Assembly (NCBI GenBank): GCA_964533095.1
Contig: CAZHKS010000003.1
Span: 201,696-265,695 of the forward strand
Origin: an uncultured Thiobacillus sp.
GTDB taxonomy: Bacteria > Pseudomonadota > Gammaproteobacteria > Burkholderiales > Thiobacillaceae
Length of the DNA stretch: 64,000 bases
Direction of reading: 5' to 3'
Shown: positions 54,600 through 63,726 of the stretch, piece after piece
How positions within the stretch are numbered: the stretch's first letter is position 1
Layout of the letters: every line of letters begins with the position of its first letter
The notes under the pieces: model-generated
Seen by the model: only the letters and a program-made list of their open reading frames with translations
Database searches by the model: none
Told to the model about the DNA's origin: nothing
Position numbers and translations under genes: made by a program

Positions 54600-55261
54600 C
54601 CATGAACGACTTACAGTTTCTGACCTGGGTGCGCGGCACGGGGCTGAACATCGCCGTGGTGATATTTCTCCTGGGCGTGCTGTGGCGCCTGTTCGAGATC
54701 TATTCGCTGGGCCGCAAGAAGGATCTTTCCGCGCCGCGCCACACCTCCGGCGCGTCCGGCCTGCACACGGTGTTCCGCCGCTCGCTGCCGCCCCCCGGCA
54801 TGCTGAAGCGCTCGCCGGTGAGCTATATCGGCGGCTATATCTTTCACATCGGACTGGCCGTCGTGGTGTTCCTGTTCGCCCCCCACATCCTTCTGGTGAC
54901 CAATCTCACCGGCCTGTCCTGGCCCGGGCTGCCGTCGCAGTTCGTCGACTTGGCCGCGGTAGTGACGATGGCGGCGATGGTGGTGGTGCTGGTCGACCGC
55001 ATCAACAAGCCGGCCAAGCGTTTTCTCAGCACCTTCGAGGACTGGTTCACCTGGGCGGCCACTTTCCTGCCGGTGCTGACTGGCTGGCTGGCGGTGCAGC
55101 ATCTGCTGCTGCCCTACACCACGATGCTGGCCCTGCACATCCTGTCAGCGGAAATCCTGCTCATCGTGCTGCCCTTCACCAAGCTGTTCCATGCCTTCAC
55201 CCTGTTCGGCTCGCGCTGGTACAACGGCCGGGTCAACGCTCATAAAGGCGTGCCGGTATGA
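54596..55261 (+). CDS. isp1: Isp1: NarI/DsrM-like membrane b-type cytochrome of Isp-type hydrogenases
   Basis: The ATG at 54596 (or 54602) overlaps the hynS stop. About 5 TM helices with conserved His (YIFHIG, ALHILSAE, FTKLFHAF). Confidence 0.8.
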   Translation: MTMNDLQFLTWVRGTGLNIAVVIFLLGVLWRLFEIYSLGRKKDLSAPRHTSGASGLHTVFRRSLPPPGMLKRSPVSYIGGYIFHIGLAVVVFLFAPHILLVTNLTGLSWPGLPSQFVDLAAVVTMAAMVVVLVDRINKPAKRFLSTFEDWFTWAATFLPVLTGWLAVQHLLLPYTTMLALHILSAEILLIVLPFTKLFHAFTLFGSRWYNGRVNAHKGVPV

Positions 55262-55292
55262 GCATGCCCATCATCGTCAAGGAGGCAATCGC

Positions 55293-56558
55293 ATGAGCGC
55301 GACACTCGAAAAAGGCATCCGCGTCCTCAAGGAAGTCATCGACGCGCCCATCGCCAGTTACTTCAACAGCTGCGTGCACTGCGGTCTGTGCGCCGAGGCC
55401 TGCCTGTTCTATACCGAGACCGGCGATCCCAAATACACCCCGATCCACAAACTGGAGCCGTTGCGCCGCGTCTATGAGCAGGAATACACCCTGCTGGGCC
55501 GATTGAAGAAAATGATCGGGCTGTCGAAGCCCGTGACCGACGGCGAGCTCGATGAATGGCAGGAACTCGTCTACAACAGTTGCACGCTGTGCGGCCGCTG
55601 TTCCGCCGTCTGTCCGGTCGGCAACGACATCGTCTATATGGTGCGCAAGTTCCGCGAGGGCATGTCGGCTTCCGGCCATGCGCCCGAGGGTATCAAGGGG
55701 GCGGTCAACCGCACCGTCACCATCGGCAGCCCGATGGGGGTCAAGCTGCCTGCGGTGCAGGCGCAGATGAAGCACGTGGAAGAGGATCACGGCCTGCCCA
55801 TTCCGCTCGACGTGGAGGGCGCCGAGTACATGGTGATGCTCTCCTCGATGGAAATCATCAACTTCCCGGAATATCTGGCCGCCATCGCCAAGATCATGCA
55901 GCAGGCCGGCAAGACCTGGACGCTCTGCTCGACCGCCTTCGAAGCGACCAATGCCGGCATCCAGATCGGCAACTCGGACCTGGCGAAAGTGATCGTCACG
56001 CGCATCGTCGAGGGCGCGGAAAAACTCAAGGTCAAGACCGTGATCAGTCCAGAATGCGGCCATGCCTACACCGCGCTGCGCTGGGAAGGCGCCAACCTGA
56101 TCGGGCGTCCCTTCACCTTCGAGGTCAAGCACATCATCGAGGTGCTGGGCGAATTCCAGGCACAGGGGCTGCTGAAGACCGAAGGCTTCGAGACCGACCG
56201 GCTGACCTTCCACGACCCCTGCCAGCTGGTGCGGCGTGGCGGCGTGATCGAACAGCCGCGCACGCTGATGAACATGGTGGCGAAGAACTTCGTCGAGATG
56301 CCCGACGCCGGCTACATGAACTGGTGCTGCAGCGGCGGCGGCGGCGCATCGGCCATCGAAGAAGGCGAGGCGCTGCGGCTGCAGGCGTTCAAGAAAAAGA
56401 AATCCCAGTTCGACGCGGTCAACCCGGATCGGGTGGTGACCGCCTGCGCCAATTGCCGCATCGTGCTGGAAGAAAGCCTCGAGCATTACCAGATGGATAT
56501 CCCGGTGATCGGCCTGACCGAGATGATCGCCGAACACATTCCTGACAAGGGAGCCTGA
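55293..56558 (+). CDS. isp2: Isp2: HdrD/DsrK-like Fe-S protein with CCG domains
   Basis: ATG at 55293 after AAGGAGG. CVHCGLCAEAC and CTLCGRCSAVCP ferredoxin motifs, plus Cys-rich CCG motifs (NWCCSGGGG, ACANC). Confidence 0.88.
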   Translation: MSATLEKGIRVLKEVIDAPIASYFNSCVHCGLCAEACLFYTETGDPKYTPIHKLEPLRRVYEQEYTLLGRLKKMIGLSKPVTDGELDEWQELVYNSCTLCGRCSAVCPVGNDIVYMVRKFREGMSASGHAPEGIKGAVNRTVTIGSPMGVKLPAVQAQMKHVEEDHGLPIPLDVEGAEYMVMLSSMEIINFPEYLAAIAKIMQQAGKTWTLCSTAFEATNAGIQIGNSDLAKVIVTRIVEGAEKLKVKTVISPECGHAYTALRWEGANLIGRPFTFEVKHIIEVLGEFQAQGLLKTEGFETDRLTFHDPCQLVRRGGVIEQPRTLMNMVAKNFVEMPDAGYMNWCCSGGGGASAIEEGEALRLQAFKKKKSQFDAVNPDRVVTACANCRIVLEESLEHYQMDIPVIGLTEMIAEHIPDKGA

Positions 56559-56562
56559 GGCC

Positions 56563-57009
56563 ATGGCGATCGGCAACGACAAGGATTTCAAGTCGGCACT
56601 GGCCGGACTGGCCGTCGCGGCACAGCGGCAAGTCGCCGCCCGTTTCGTGCAACGGGTCTTCCCCTTGTCCGGCGACGCCCGCATCAAGGCCGCGCTCGAT
56701 GCGGCCGGACGTAAAGGCATTGCCGATGCGGAATTGGCCCTGGCGGCACAAGCCGCCAACAGCGCGCGGGTGGAAAGCTTCACCCGCTGCGGCAGGGAAA
56801 CCGACTGGAACGCCCAGGCAAGCCACTTCGTCGCCAAGGCGGCCGTGGCCTGCGTCAAGCCTGCCGGAACGGGCGACAACCTGGCCTGGGAGGCCGCGAT
56901 GCAGGCGCGTCTGGCACGCACCTGCCAGACCGTCGCCTCCGGAGAAGGGACCGAGAATAGCGAAGCCGAGGCGCAATACCGCATCCTCGAAGCGTTTTTG
57001 AACAGCTAA
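56563..57009 (+). CDS. hypothetical Ala-rich helical protein inserted between isp2 and hynL
   Basis: 148-aa ORF starting 4 nt after the isp2 stop and ending 12 nt before the hynL ATG. No signal peptide or TM segment, 4 Cys, no family recognised. Confidence 0.6.
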   Translation: MAIGNDKDFKSALAGLAVAAQRQVAARFVQRVFPLSGDARIKAALDAAGRKGIADAELALAAQAANSARVESFTRCGRETDWNAQASHFVAKAAVACVKPAGTGDNLAWEAAMQARLARTCQTVASGEGTENSEAEAQYRILEAFLNS

Positions 57010-57021
57010 GGAATTCACGCC

Positions 57022-58815
57022 ATGACCACAGCACAACGCGTCGTCGTCGACCCCATCACCCGTATCGAAGGCCATCTGCGCATCGAGGCGGAAACCGATG
57101 CCGGCGGCAAGATCACCCACGCGTATTCCGCCGGCACGATGGTGCGCGGCATCGAGATCATCCTGCGCGGCCGCGATCCGCGCGACGCCTGGGCTTTCGC
57201 CCAGCGCATCTGCGGCGTCTGCACCCTGGTGCACGGCATCGCCTCGGTGCGTTCGGTGGAAGACGCGCTGCATCGCGCCATCCCCAGCTACAGCATCCCG
57301 CAGAATGCCGAACTGATCCGCAACCTGATGATCGCGGCGCAATACGTCCACGACCACGTGATGCACTTCTATCACCTGCATGCGCTCGACTGGGTCGACG
57401 TGGTGTCGGCGCTCAAGGCCGATCCCAAGGCCACCTCGGCGCTGGCGCAATCGATCTCCGGCTATTCGAAATCGTCTCCGGGCTATTTCGCCGACGTGCA
57501 GAAGAAGGTGAAGACCTTCGTCGAACAGGGCCAGCTCGGCATCTTCGCCAACGCATACTGGGGCCACCCCGCCTACAAGCTGCCGCCCGAAGCCAACCTG
57601 ATGGCGGTGGCGCACTACCTCGATGCGCTCGCCTGGCAGCGCGACGTGGTCAAGCTGCACGCCATCTTCGGCGGCAAGAACCCGCATCCCAACTTCGTGG
57701 TGGGCGGCGTACCCTCGGCCATTTCCGTCCAGCCAGGTGCGGGCCCGGGCAAGGGCGGGCCGCATTATCGCGGCGGCCAGGATGCCACCGCACTCAACGT
57801 GGTGGGCCTGGAGACGATCCAGAATGTCATCCGGCAGATGCGCGAGTTCGTCGACCAGGTCTACGTGCCTGACACGCTCGCCATTGCAGGTTTCTACAAG
57901 GACTGGGCAGGGCGGGGCGAAGGCCTGGGCAATTTCCTGTCGTTCGGCGACCTGCCGTCGAAAGGCTTCTGGGACACCGATTCCTATCTCATTCCGCGCG
58001 GCGTCATCCTCAACCGCGACCTGTCCAGGATCCATCCCATCGACCTCGATGCGGACAACGAGATCCAGGAGTTCGTCAGCCATTCCTGGTACAAGTACAG
58101 CCAGGGCGACGGGCAGGGCCTGCATCCGTTCAAGGGCGAAACCGAGCTCGACTACACCGGGCCGAAACCGCCTTACGAACAGCTCGATGTCGACAAGAAA
58201 TATTCCTGGATGAAGTCCCCGCGCTGGCAGGGAAAATCCATGGAGGTCGGCCCGCTCGCCCGCGTGCTGATGCTGTACGCCACCGGCAACGCCCAGGCCA
58301 AGGAACTGGTGGACCACACGCTGAAGACGCTCGACGTGCCGGTCGATGCGCTGTTCTCGACGCTGGGCCGCACGGCTGCGCGCACGCTGGAATCGAAAAT
58401 CCTCGCCGACGCCATGCAGGGCTGGTACGACCAGTTGATTGCCAACATCAAGGCCGGCGACATCAGGACCTTCAACGACCAGTACTGGGATCCCTCGACC
58501 TGGCCGAGGCACATGCAGGGCGTCGGCCTGATGGAAGCGCCGCGTGGCGGACTCTCCCACTGGATCGTCATCGACGACGGCAAGATCAGCAACTATCAGG
58601 CCGTGGTGCCGAGCACCTGGAACGCCGGCCCGCGCGACATGCAGGGGCAGCCGGGCGCATACGAAGCCGCGCTGCAGGACAACCATGTGATGCAGGATCC
58701 GAAGCAGCCGCTCGAGATCCTGCGCACCATCCACTCCTTCGACCCCTGCATCGCCTGCGCCGTCCACGTGACCGACCCGGATGGCGAGGAACTGGTGCAG
58801 GTGAAAATCAAGTGA
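57022..58815 (+). CDS. hynL: [NiFe] hydrogenase large subunit
   Basis: RIEGH, RICGVC (N-terminal Ni ligands) and C-terminal DPCIACAVH followed by a cleavable tail. Confidence 0.97.
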   Translation: MTTAQRVVVDPITRIEGHLRIEAETDAGGKITHAYSAGTMVRGIEIILRGRDPRDAWAFAQRICGVCTLVHGIASVRSVEDALHRAIPSYSIPQNAELIRNLMIAAQYVHDHVMHFYHLHALDWVDVVSALKADPKATSALAQSISGYSKSSPGYFADVQKKVKTFVEQGQLGIFANAYWGHPAYKLPPEANLMAVAHYLDALAWQRDVVKLHAIFGGKNPHPNFVVGGVPSAISVQPGAGPGKGGPHYRGGQDATALNVVGLETIQNVIRQMREFVDQVYVPDTLAIAGFYKDWAGRGEGLGNFLSFGDLPSKGFWDTDSYLIPRGVILNRDLSRIHPIDLDADNEIQEFVSHSWYKYSQGDGQGLHPFKGETELDYTGPKPPYEQLDVDKKYSWMKSPRWQGKSMEVGPLARVLMLYATGNAQAKELVDHTLKTLDVPVDALFSTLGRTAARTLESKILADAMQGWYDQLIANIKAGDIRTFNDQYWDPSTWPRHMQGVGLMEAPRGGLSHWIVIDDGKISNYQAVVPSTWNAGPRDMQGQPGAYEAALQDNHVMQDPKQPLEILRTIHSFDPCIACAVHVTDPDGEELVQVKIK

Positions 58816-58851
58816 CTTGCCGAAGAGATTTTTGAACGTGGAGAGCATGCA

Positions 58852-59424
58852 ATGAAACCGATGAAACATTCACGCACGATCGCCCTGGTCGCCCTCTGCC
58901 TGTTCGCAGGCACGGCGTATGCCCACCCCGGCCACACCCCGACCGGCTTCGCCGGCGGCCTGGCGCATCCCTTCCAGGGCGTGGATCACCTGTTCGCCAT
59001 GATCGCGATCGGCCTGTGGGCCGCGCAGCAGGGCGGACGGGCGCTATGGGCGATTCCGGCCGCGTTCGTCGGCGCGATGGGACTGGGAGGCGCGCTGGCC
59101 TGGTCGGGCGTCGGGCTGCCGCACGTCGAGTCGGCTATCGCGCTGTCGGTGCTTGGACTGGGACTTTTGATTGCCACGCGCTACCGGGCATCGGTGTCAG
59201 TCGGCATGACGATTGCCGGGATGTTCGCCCTTTTCCACGGCTACGCGCATGGACTGGAAATGCCGCAGGCCGCGTCGCCCGCACTCTATGCCCTGGGTTT
59301 CGTGCTGGCGACGATGGGCCTGCATGGCGTGGGCATTGCCGGCGGCCTGCTCGGCCGCCGCGCGGTACGGTTGGCCGGGGTCGGCATCGCGGCCACTGGA
59401 GCGGCCTTGCTGATGCTCGCTTGA
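58852..59424 (+). CDS. hupE: HupE/UreJ family nickel permease
   Basis: Signal peptide ending AYAHPGH, HPF.G.DH motif, and 6 hydrophobic segments. Confidence 0.88.
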   Translation: MKPMKHSRTIALVALCLFAGTAYAHPGHTPTGFAGGLAHPFQGVDHLFAMIAIGLWAAQQGGRALWAIPAAFVGAMGLGGALAWSGVGLPHVESAIALSVLGLGLLIATRYRASVSVGMTIAGMFALFHGYAHGLEMPQAASPALYALGFVLATMGLHGVGIAGGLLGRRAVRLAGVGIAATGAALLMLA

Positions 59425-59481
59425 CGGCAGTTGCAGGTTTCAGGGCCCGGCTGAACATGGCCGCTGGCGGAAGGAAAACGG

Positions 59482-59799
59482 ATGGATGACTCGCTGCAAC
59501 GACTGCTGGACGCCGAAACCCGCGCAGAGGCGGTGATCGATGCTGCCAGCCGGGAACGCCAGCGCATCATGGATGACGCGCTGGCAGCCGTGCGTGACGC
59601 CGAGGCACGTTTCGATGCAGGCCGGGCCGAATTGCGGGCGCCTTTCCTGCATGAGGCGCAGGGACGGGCCGATCAGGCGGTGGCAGAGCTTGCGCGCAAG
59701 TACGGCGAGCGCCAGCGCATGCTGCGTGAACTCGCCGCCCGGCACGAATCCGAGGCCGTGGAGGCGGCGCTTACCCTGCTGCTCGATCCTGCCCTGTGA
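59482..59799 (+). CDS. small coiled-coil protein, probable V/A-ATPase peripheral-stalk subunit (G/H-like)
   Basis: 105-aa Ala/Arg/Glu-rich helical ORF directly upstream of the V-type ATPase genes. The assignment rests on position and composition only. Confidence 0.5.
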   Translation: MDDSLQRLLDAETRAEAVIDAASRERQRIMDDALAAVRDAEARFDAGRAELRAPFLHEAQGRADQAVAELARKYGERQRMLRELAARHESEAVEAALTLLLDPAL

Positions 59800-59855
59800 A
59801 AATCGCCCGTTCCTGAGGGAATGACAAGAAAGCCCGAATTGCGCTGATCCCGCCT

Positions 59856-60896
59856 ATGTCTGCCTACCTCGATACCCGCGTCAGCCTCTATTCCACCCGC
59901 CTGTGGCCAGACGCCGCGCTCGGGGCATTGATCGAGGCGCGTGACGACGAAGTGGCGGAAAAGCTGAACGAACGCGCGTTGCCGCAACTGGCAAGAGGCT
60001 ACGACAAGAGCGGCGGGGCACAGGATCCCCGCTCGCTGGAACTGCGCATCATCGCCCAGATCCTGGACGAGACGCGCGTGCTGATCCGCCCCGTGTCCGG
60101 CGACGCACGCACGTTCCTGACCTTCTGGACGGCGCGCTTCGAAATGTCCAACGTGAAGACGCTGCTGCGCAGCAAAATGACGGAAGAGCGTCCCGCGTCG
60201 GTCCTGGCCCGGCTGATTCCGATGGGAACGTTCGGCCGCCTGGACAACCAGGATCTGGCGCATGCCGAGGATGTCGGCGAACTGTTGCGCCGCCTCGAAG
60301 CCGGCCCCTATGCGGGCATCGTGCGTCGCGCCCGGCACGCATTCGAGCAGAGCCATGATCCGTTCAGTCTCGACGCGGCGCTGGATCGCGGCTACTACGA
60401 AGGTCTGATCCAGCGCGCCCGGCCGCTGGAGGAAACCGCGGGTGGGCCGTTCCGCACCCTCATGGCCAACATGATCGACCGCATCAACCTGGTGTGGCTG
60501 CTGCGCTACCGGTTCAACTACGGGCTGCCGCCCGCCGAGGTGTACTACCTGCTGGTGGCGTCGCACTACAGCCTGTCCGGCGCGCGATTGCGGGAACTGG
60601 CCGCGCAGGACAGCCTGGAGGCGGTGCTCGCCGCGTTGCCGGGGCCCTGGCAGACCCGGATGGCGGGGGTGACGGACGTTGTCGACGTATTCGCACGCAT
60701 GGAACACGTCGCCGCCGAGCAGGCACTGCGGGTACTGCGCGCCCGCGCGCCGGGCATTGCACGTGCCTACGCCTATCTGATCCTGCGCGAACGCGACCTG
60801 CGCGCTGTCCGTGCGGTGTTGCGCGGTCGCCATCTCGGCCTGCCCGATGACGATATCCGGCTGGCGCTTCGACGCACGCCTGCCGAGTTCAACTGA
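59856..60896 (+). CDS. atpC: V/A-type ATPase subunit C (eukaryotic d-like)
   Basis: 346-aa helical ORF with an AC39-family pattern (FEMSNVKTLLRSK, MIDRINLVWLLRYRF, ERDLRAVRAVLRG). Confidence 0.85.
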   Translation: MSAYLDTRVSLYSTRLWPDAALGALIEARDDEVAEKLNERALPQLARGYDKSGGAQDPRSLELRIIAQILDETRVLIRPVSGDARTFLTFWTARFEMSNVKTLLRSKMTEERPASVLARLIPMGTFGRLDNQDLAHAEDVGELLRRLEAGPYAGIVRRARHAFEQSHDPFSLDAALDRGYYEGLIQRARPLEETAGGPFRTLMANMIDRINLVWLLRYRFNYGLPPAEVYYLLVASHYSLSGARLRELAAQDSLEAVLAALPGPWQTRMAGVTDVVDVFARMEHVAAEQALRVLRARAPGIARAYAYLILRERDLRAVRAVLRGRHLGLPDDDIRLALRRTPAEFN

Positions 60897-62779
60897 TGCT
60901 GCGCGCCGAACCCCTGCTGAGGATTCAGTTGCTGGTGCTGGCATCCGAAGTGCAGGATGCTGCGCTGGCGCTTGCGCGCTTTGGCGTATTCAGCCCGGCC
61001 CCATGCAGGGAGGACCTGCTTGCTGAGTCGCCCGCGGCGGCCTACCGCGAAGCCTGGCTCGAAGCGGAGGCGCGTCTGTCCAAGCTGCAGGAAGAGTGCG
61101 GCGACAGCGGCCCGCTCGATCTGCCGGCGGATGCCGAAGCACCGTCGCTCGCCGATCTGCTGGAACTGAACCAATGGCTGAGGGCCGTGTGGAACGACTG
61201 TCTCGATTGCCATGAGGACGAGGCACGGATCGAGGATGTACGCAGCCATCTGGGCACGCTGGAAGACACGCTGGTCAAGCTGGAAGGGCTCAATGTGGAC
61301 CTGGCGCATCTGCTGCGCCCCGACAGCCTGCTGGCGGTTAACATTGGCAGCCTGCCGGCGGCGGAGATCAAACGGGTGACCGAGGCGCTGTCGATGACCG
61401 GCTATCTCGTTTCGCGCTTCGATCAGGCCGGCGGACAGGTGTATGTGGTGATTGCCGGTCCGCGCGCCCGTCAGGGCGAGGTGCGCGGCCTGCTGGCGCA
61501 GGCGGGCTGGCGCGAACTGCCGGTACCGGACGAATTGCGCACCCATCCGCAGGCGGCGCGCACCTGGCTGGAGAGCGAGCGTATCCGGCTGAATACGCAG
61601 TCCGGCGCGGCCTGCCAGATCAGGGAAGGATTGCGCGACCAGTTCGGCCCGCGCCTGCACGAAGCGCGCCTGCGCCTGGCCCTGGCGCGGCCGCTGGCAG
61701 AGGCCGCACAGGCGGGCATACTCGGCCGGGGCGGTCTGGCCGCCCTGTCTGGATGGGCTCCGCGCCGGCAACTGGATCAATTGCGGGAAACCCTCGACGC
61801 ACGCCTGCATGGCCGCTACTGGCTCGACACACGCGAAGCCTCGCCTGACGACGTGGCCGAGGTGCCGTCGCTGGTGCGTTACCCCAGCTGGCTGAGGCCA
61901 TTCGTCCCGCTGGTGAAAAGCTATGGGGTGCCGCGCTATGGTGAATTCGACCCGGTGCTGCCGTTCGCCTTCACCTACCTGCTGCTGTTCGGCGCCATGT
62001 TCGGCGACATCGGCCACGGTGCGGTGATCCTGGTATTGGCACTGGCATTCGCGCGGCGACTTGGCCGCTTGGCCTGGGTCGGGGTCGCCGCGGGGGCCGT
62101 GTCGATGCTGTTCGGATTTTTCTATGGCAGCATTTTCGGGTACGAGGACATCATTTCTCCGCTCTGGCTGTCGCCTCTGCACGACCCGATACGCGTGTTG
62201 ACGATCGCGGTGGCGTTCGGCGTCGGCTTCATCGTATTCACGCTGCTGGTCAACGCACGCAATAAATGGACGGCCGGGCACATCGCCGAAGCCCTGTTCG
62301 ATTCCAGCGGACTGGCCGGGCTGGCGTTCTATCTCGGCGCGGTCGGCGTGCTGGCGAGCCTGTCCGGCGCCGCGGATGTCGCACGCCCCGCCGGGGTACT
62401 GGCAGGACTGGGGATCGTCGGAGTCGCGGCGTTCAAGTGGCATGAAACCCGGGCCGCGCTGGGCGAACGCATGCTGGTCACCTTCATCGAAACGCTGGAA
62501 ACCGCCATCAACCTGTTTTCGAATACGCTGTCGTTCATGCGCGTGGCGGCATTCAGCCTCAACCATGTGGCGCTGGCGCTGGCGGTGTTCACCCTGGCCC
62601 ACGGCCTGGACGCAGCTGGCCACGGCATCACCCTGGTGCTGGGCAACATCGTCATCATCGTGCTGGAAGGCGGCATCGTCGCGATCCAGGCCTTGCGCCT
62701 GATGTATTACGAGGGGTTCTCGCGCTTCTTCAGCGGCGATGGAAGGGAATTCGTTCCGTTGCGGATTGAAAAGGCGTGA
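60896..62779 (+). CDS. atpI: V/A-type ATPase subunit I (a-like stator/proton channel)
   Basis: 627-aa ORF with TGATG overlap with atpC. Soluble N-terminal half, then a 7-8 TM C-terminal half with the conserved SFMRVAAFSLNH arginine motif. Confidence 0.9.
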   Translation: MLRAEPLLRIQLLVLASEVQDAALALARFGVFSPAPCREDLLAESPAAAYREAWLEAEARLSKLQEECGDSGPLDLPADAEAPSLADLLELNQWLRAVWNDCLDCHEDEARIEDVRSHLGTLEDTLVKLEGLNVDLAHLLRPDSLLAVNIGSLPAAEIKRVTEALSMTGYLVSRFDQAGGQVYVVIAGPRARQGEVRGLLAQAGWRELPVPDELRTHPQAARTWLESERIRLNTQSGAACQIREGLRDQFGPRLHEARLRLALARPLAEAAQAGILGRGGLAALSGWAPRRQLDQLRETLDARLHGRYWLDTREASPDDVAEVPSLVRYPSWLRPFVPLVKSYGVPRYGEFDPVLPFAFTYLLLFGAMFGDIGHGAVILVLALAFARRLGRLAWVGVAAGAVSMLFGFFYGSIFGYEDIISPLWLSPLHDPIRVLTIAVAFGVGFIVFTLLVNARNKWTAGHIAEALFDSSGLAGLAFYLGAVGVLASLSGAADVARPAGVLAGLGIVGVAAFKWHETRAALGERMLVTFIETLETAINLFSNTLSFMRVAAFSLNHVALALAVFTLAHGLDAAGHGITLVLGNIVIIVLEGGIVAIQALRLMYYEGFSRFFSGDGREFVPLRIEKA

Positions 62780-62830
62780 GCGGTGAGCAGTGAGCAGTGA
62801 ACGCCTCACTGCTCACCGCTCACCATTCAC
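62776..62830. repeat. heptamer-repeat hairpin: (GTGAGCN)x4 then inverted (TCACNNN)x4; perfect 19-bp stem
   Basis: Read directly: GTGAGCGGTGAGCAGTGAG (62776..62794), a 10-nt loop, then CTCACTGCTCACCGCTCAC (62805..62823). Begins within the atpI stop codon and ends about 20 nt before the atpK RBS. Confidence 0.85.
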
Positions 62831-62847
62831 CATGACAAGGAGAAAAC

Positions 62848-63285
62848 ATGAGCTGGTTGATTGCATTGATGAGTGTGCCGGTGGCGGCAACATTGGGCGC
62901 GGGTATCTGGCTGATGCTGAAACCGCGGCGCGTACCGGCAGGCTGGCTCAAGGGCGGATTGCTGGCCAACCTGGCGCTGTTCGGACTGGGCGTCGCCGGC
63001 GTTCTGCTGATGGGCGTGCAGGAAGTCATGGCGGCCGAAACGGTCGCGACGGCCGCGCGGGAAATCAGTCTGGGGCAGGGGCTGGCCCTGCTCGGCATTG
63101 GCCTGCCGACCGGCCTGGCGGCCATCGCCGCGGCGATGGCGCTGGGCCCGATCGGTTCCGCGTCGCTGGCGGTGATTGCCGAGAAACCGGAAATGTTCGG
63201 CCGCACCCTGGTGTACATGGGGCTTGCCGAGGGGATTGCGATTTACGGCCTGGTCATGTCGATCCTGCTGCTCGGCAAGCTCTGA
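62848..63285 (+). CDS. atpK: V/A-type ATPase proteolipid subunit K (c-ring) with extra N-terminal hydrophobic hairpin
   Basis: ATG after AAGGAGA. The C-terminal hairpin GLAAIAAAMALGPIGSASLAVIAEKPE...GLAEGIAIYGLV carries the conserved carboxylate. Confidence 0.85.
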   Translation: MSWLIALMSVPVAATLGAGIWLMLKPRRVPAGWLKGGLLANLALFGLGVAGVLLMGVQEVMAAETVATAAREISLGQGLALLGIGLPTGLAAIAAAMALGPIGSASLAVIAEKPEMFGRTLVYMGLAEGIAIYGLVMSILLLGKL

Positions 63286-63288
63286 GCG

Positions 63289-63633
63289 ATGCGGTCTGGA
63301 ACCGGCAACCCTTCCGATGTCGCCCGGCTGGTGGTGCTGGGCAGCGCCGGCCTGGCCGACGGCTTCAGCCTCATCGGCGCCGAGATCCATGCGGATGCCG
63401 ATTCCGCTACCGTGGAAACGGTGCTCGAGCAACTGGCCCGCAGCGGCGACGCAGCGCTGGTGCTGCTGGAGACCACGCTGGCCCACGGCGGCGGTCCGTG
63501 GCTCAACCGCCTGCGTAACGAAGGCGGTCGCATCGTCATCACCGAACTGCCGCCCTTGCCCTCACCGCAGGATTACGCCCCGGCGGTAGACGAGGTGGTT
63601 CGGGCCGTCCTCGGGCCGGATGCGTTGAAGTAG
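63289..63633 (+). CDS. atpF: V/A-type ATPase subunit F
   Basis: 114-aa ORF; LVVLGSAGLADGFSLIGAE...ALVLLE fits the subunit F family pattern and position. Confidence 0.75.
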   Translation: MRSGTGNPSDVARLVVLGSAGLADGFSLIGAEIHADADSATVETVLEQLARSGDAALVLLETTLAHGGGPWLNRLRNEGGRIVITELPPLPSPQDYAPAVDEVVRAVLGPDALK

Positions 63634-63726
63634 ATGCAAGGGTCAAGATACAAGGCAAATGCCGGGACGCTTCTTGAATCGTGTTACGTGAATCTTGCCG
63701 CGTAATATTTTGAAACTGGAGAAAGA

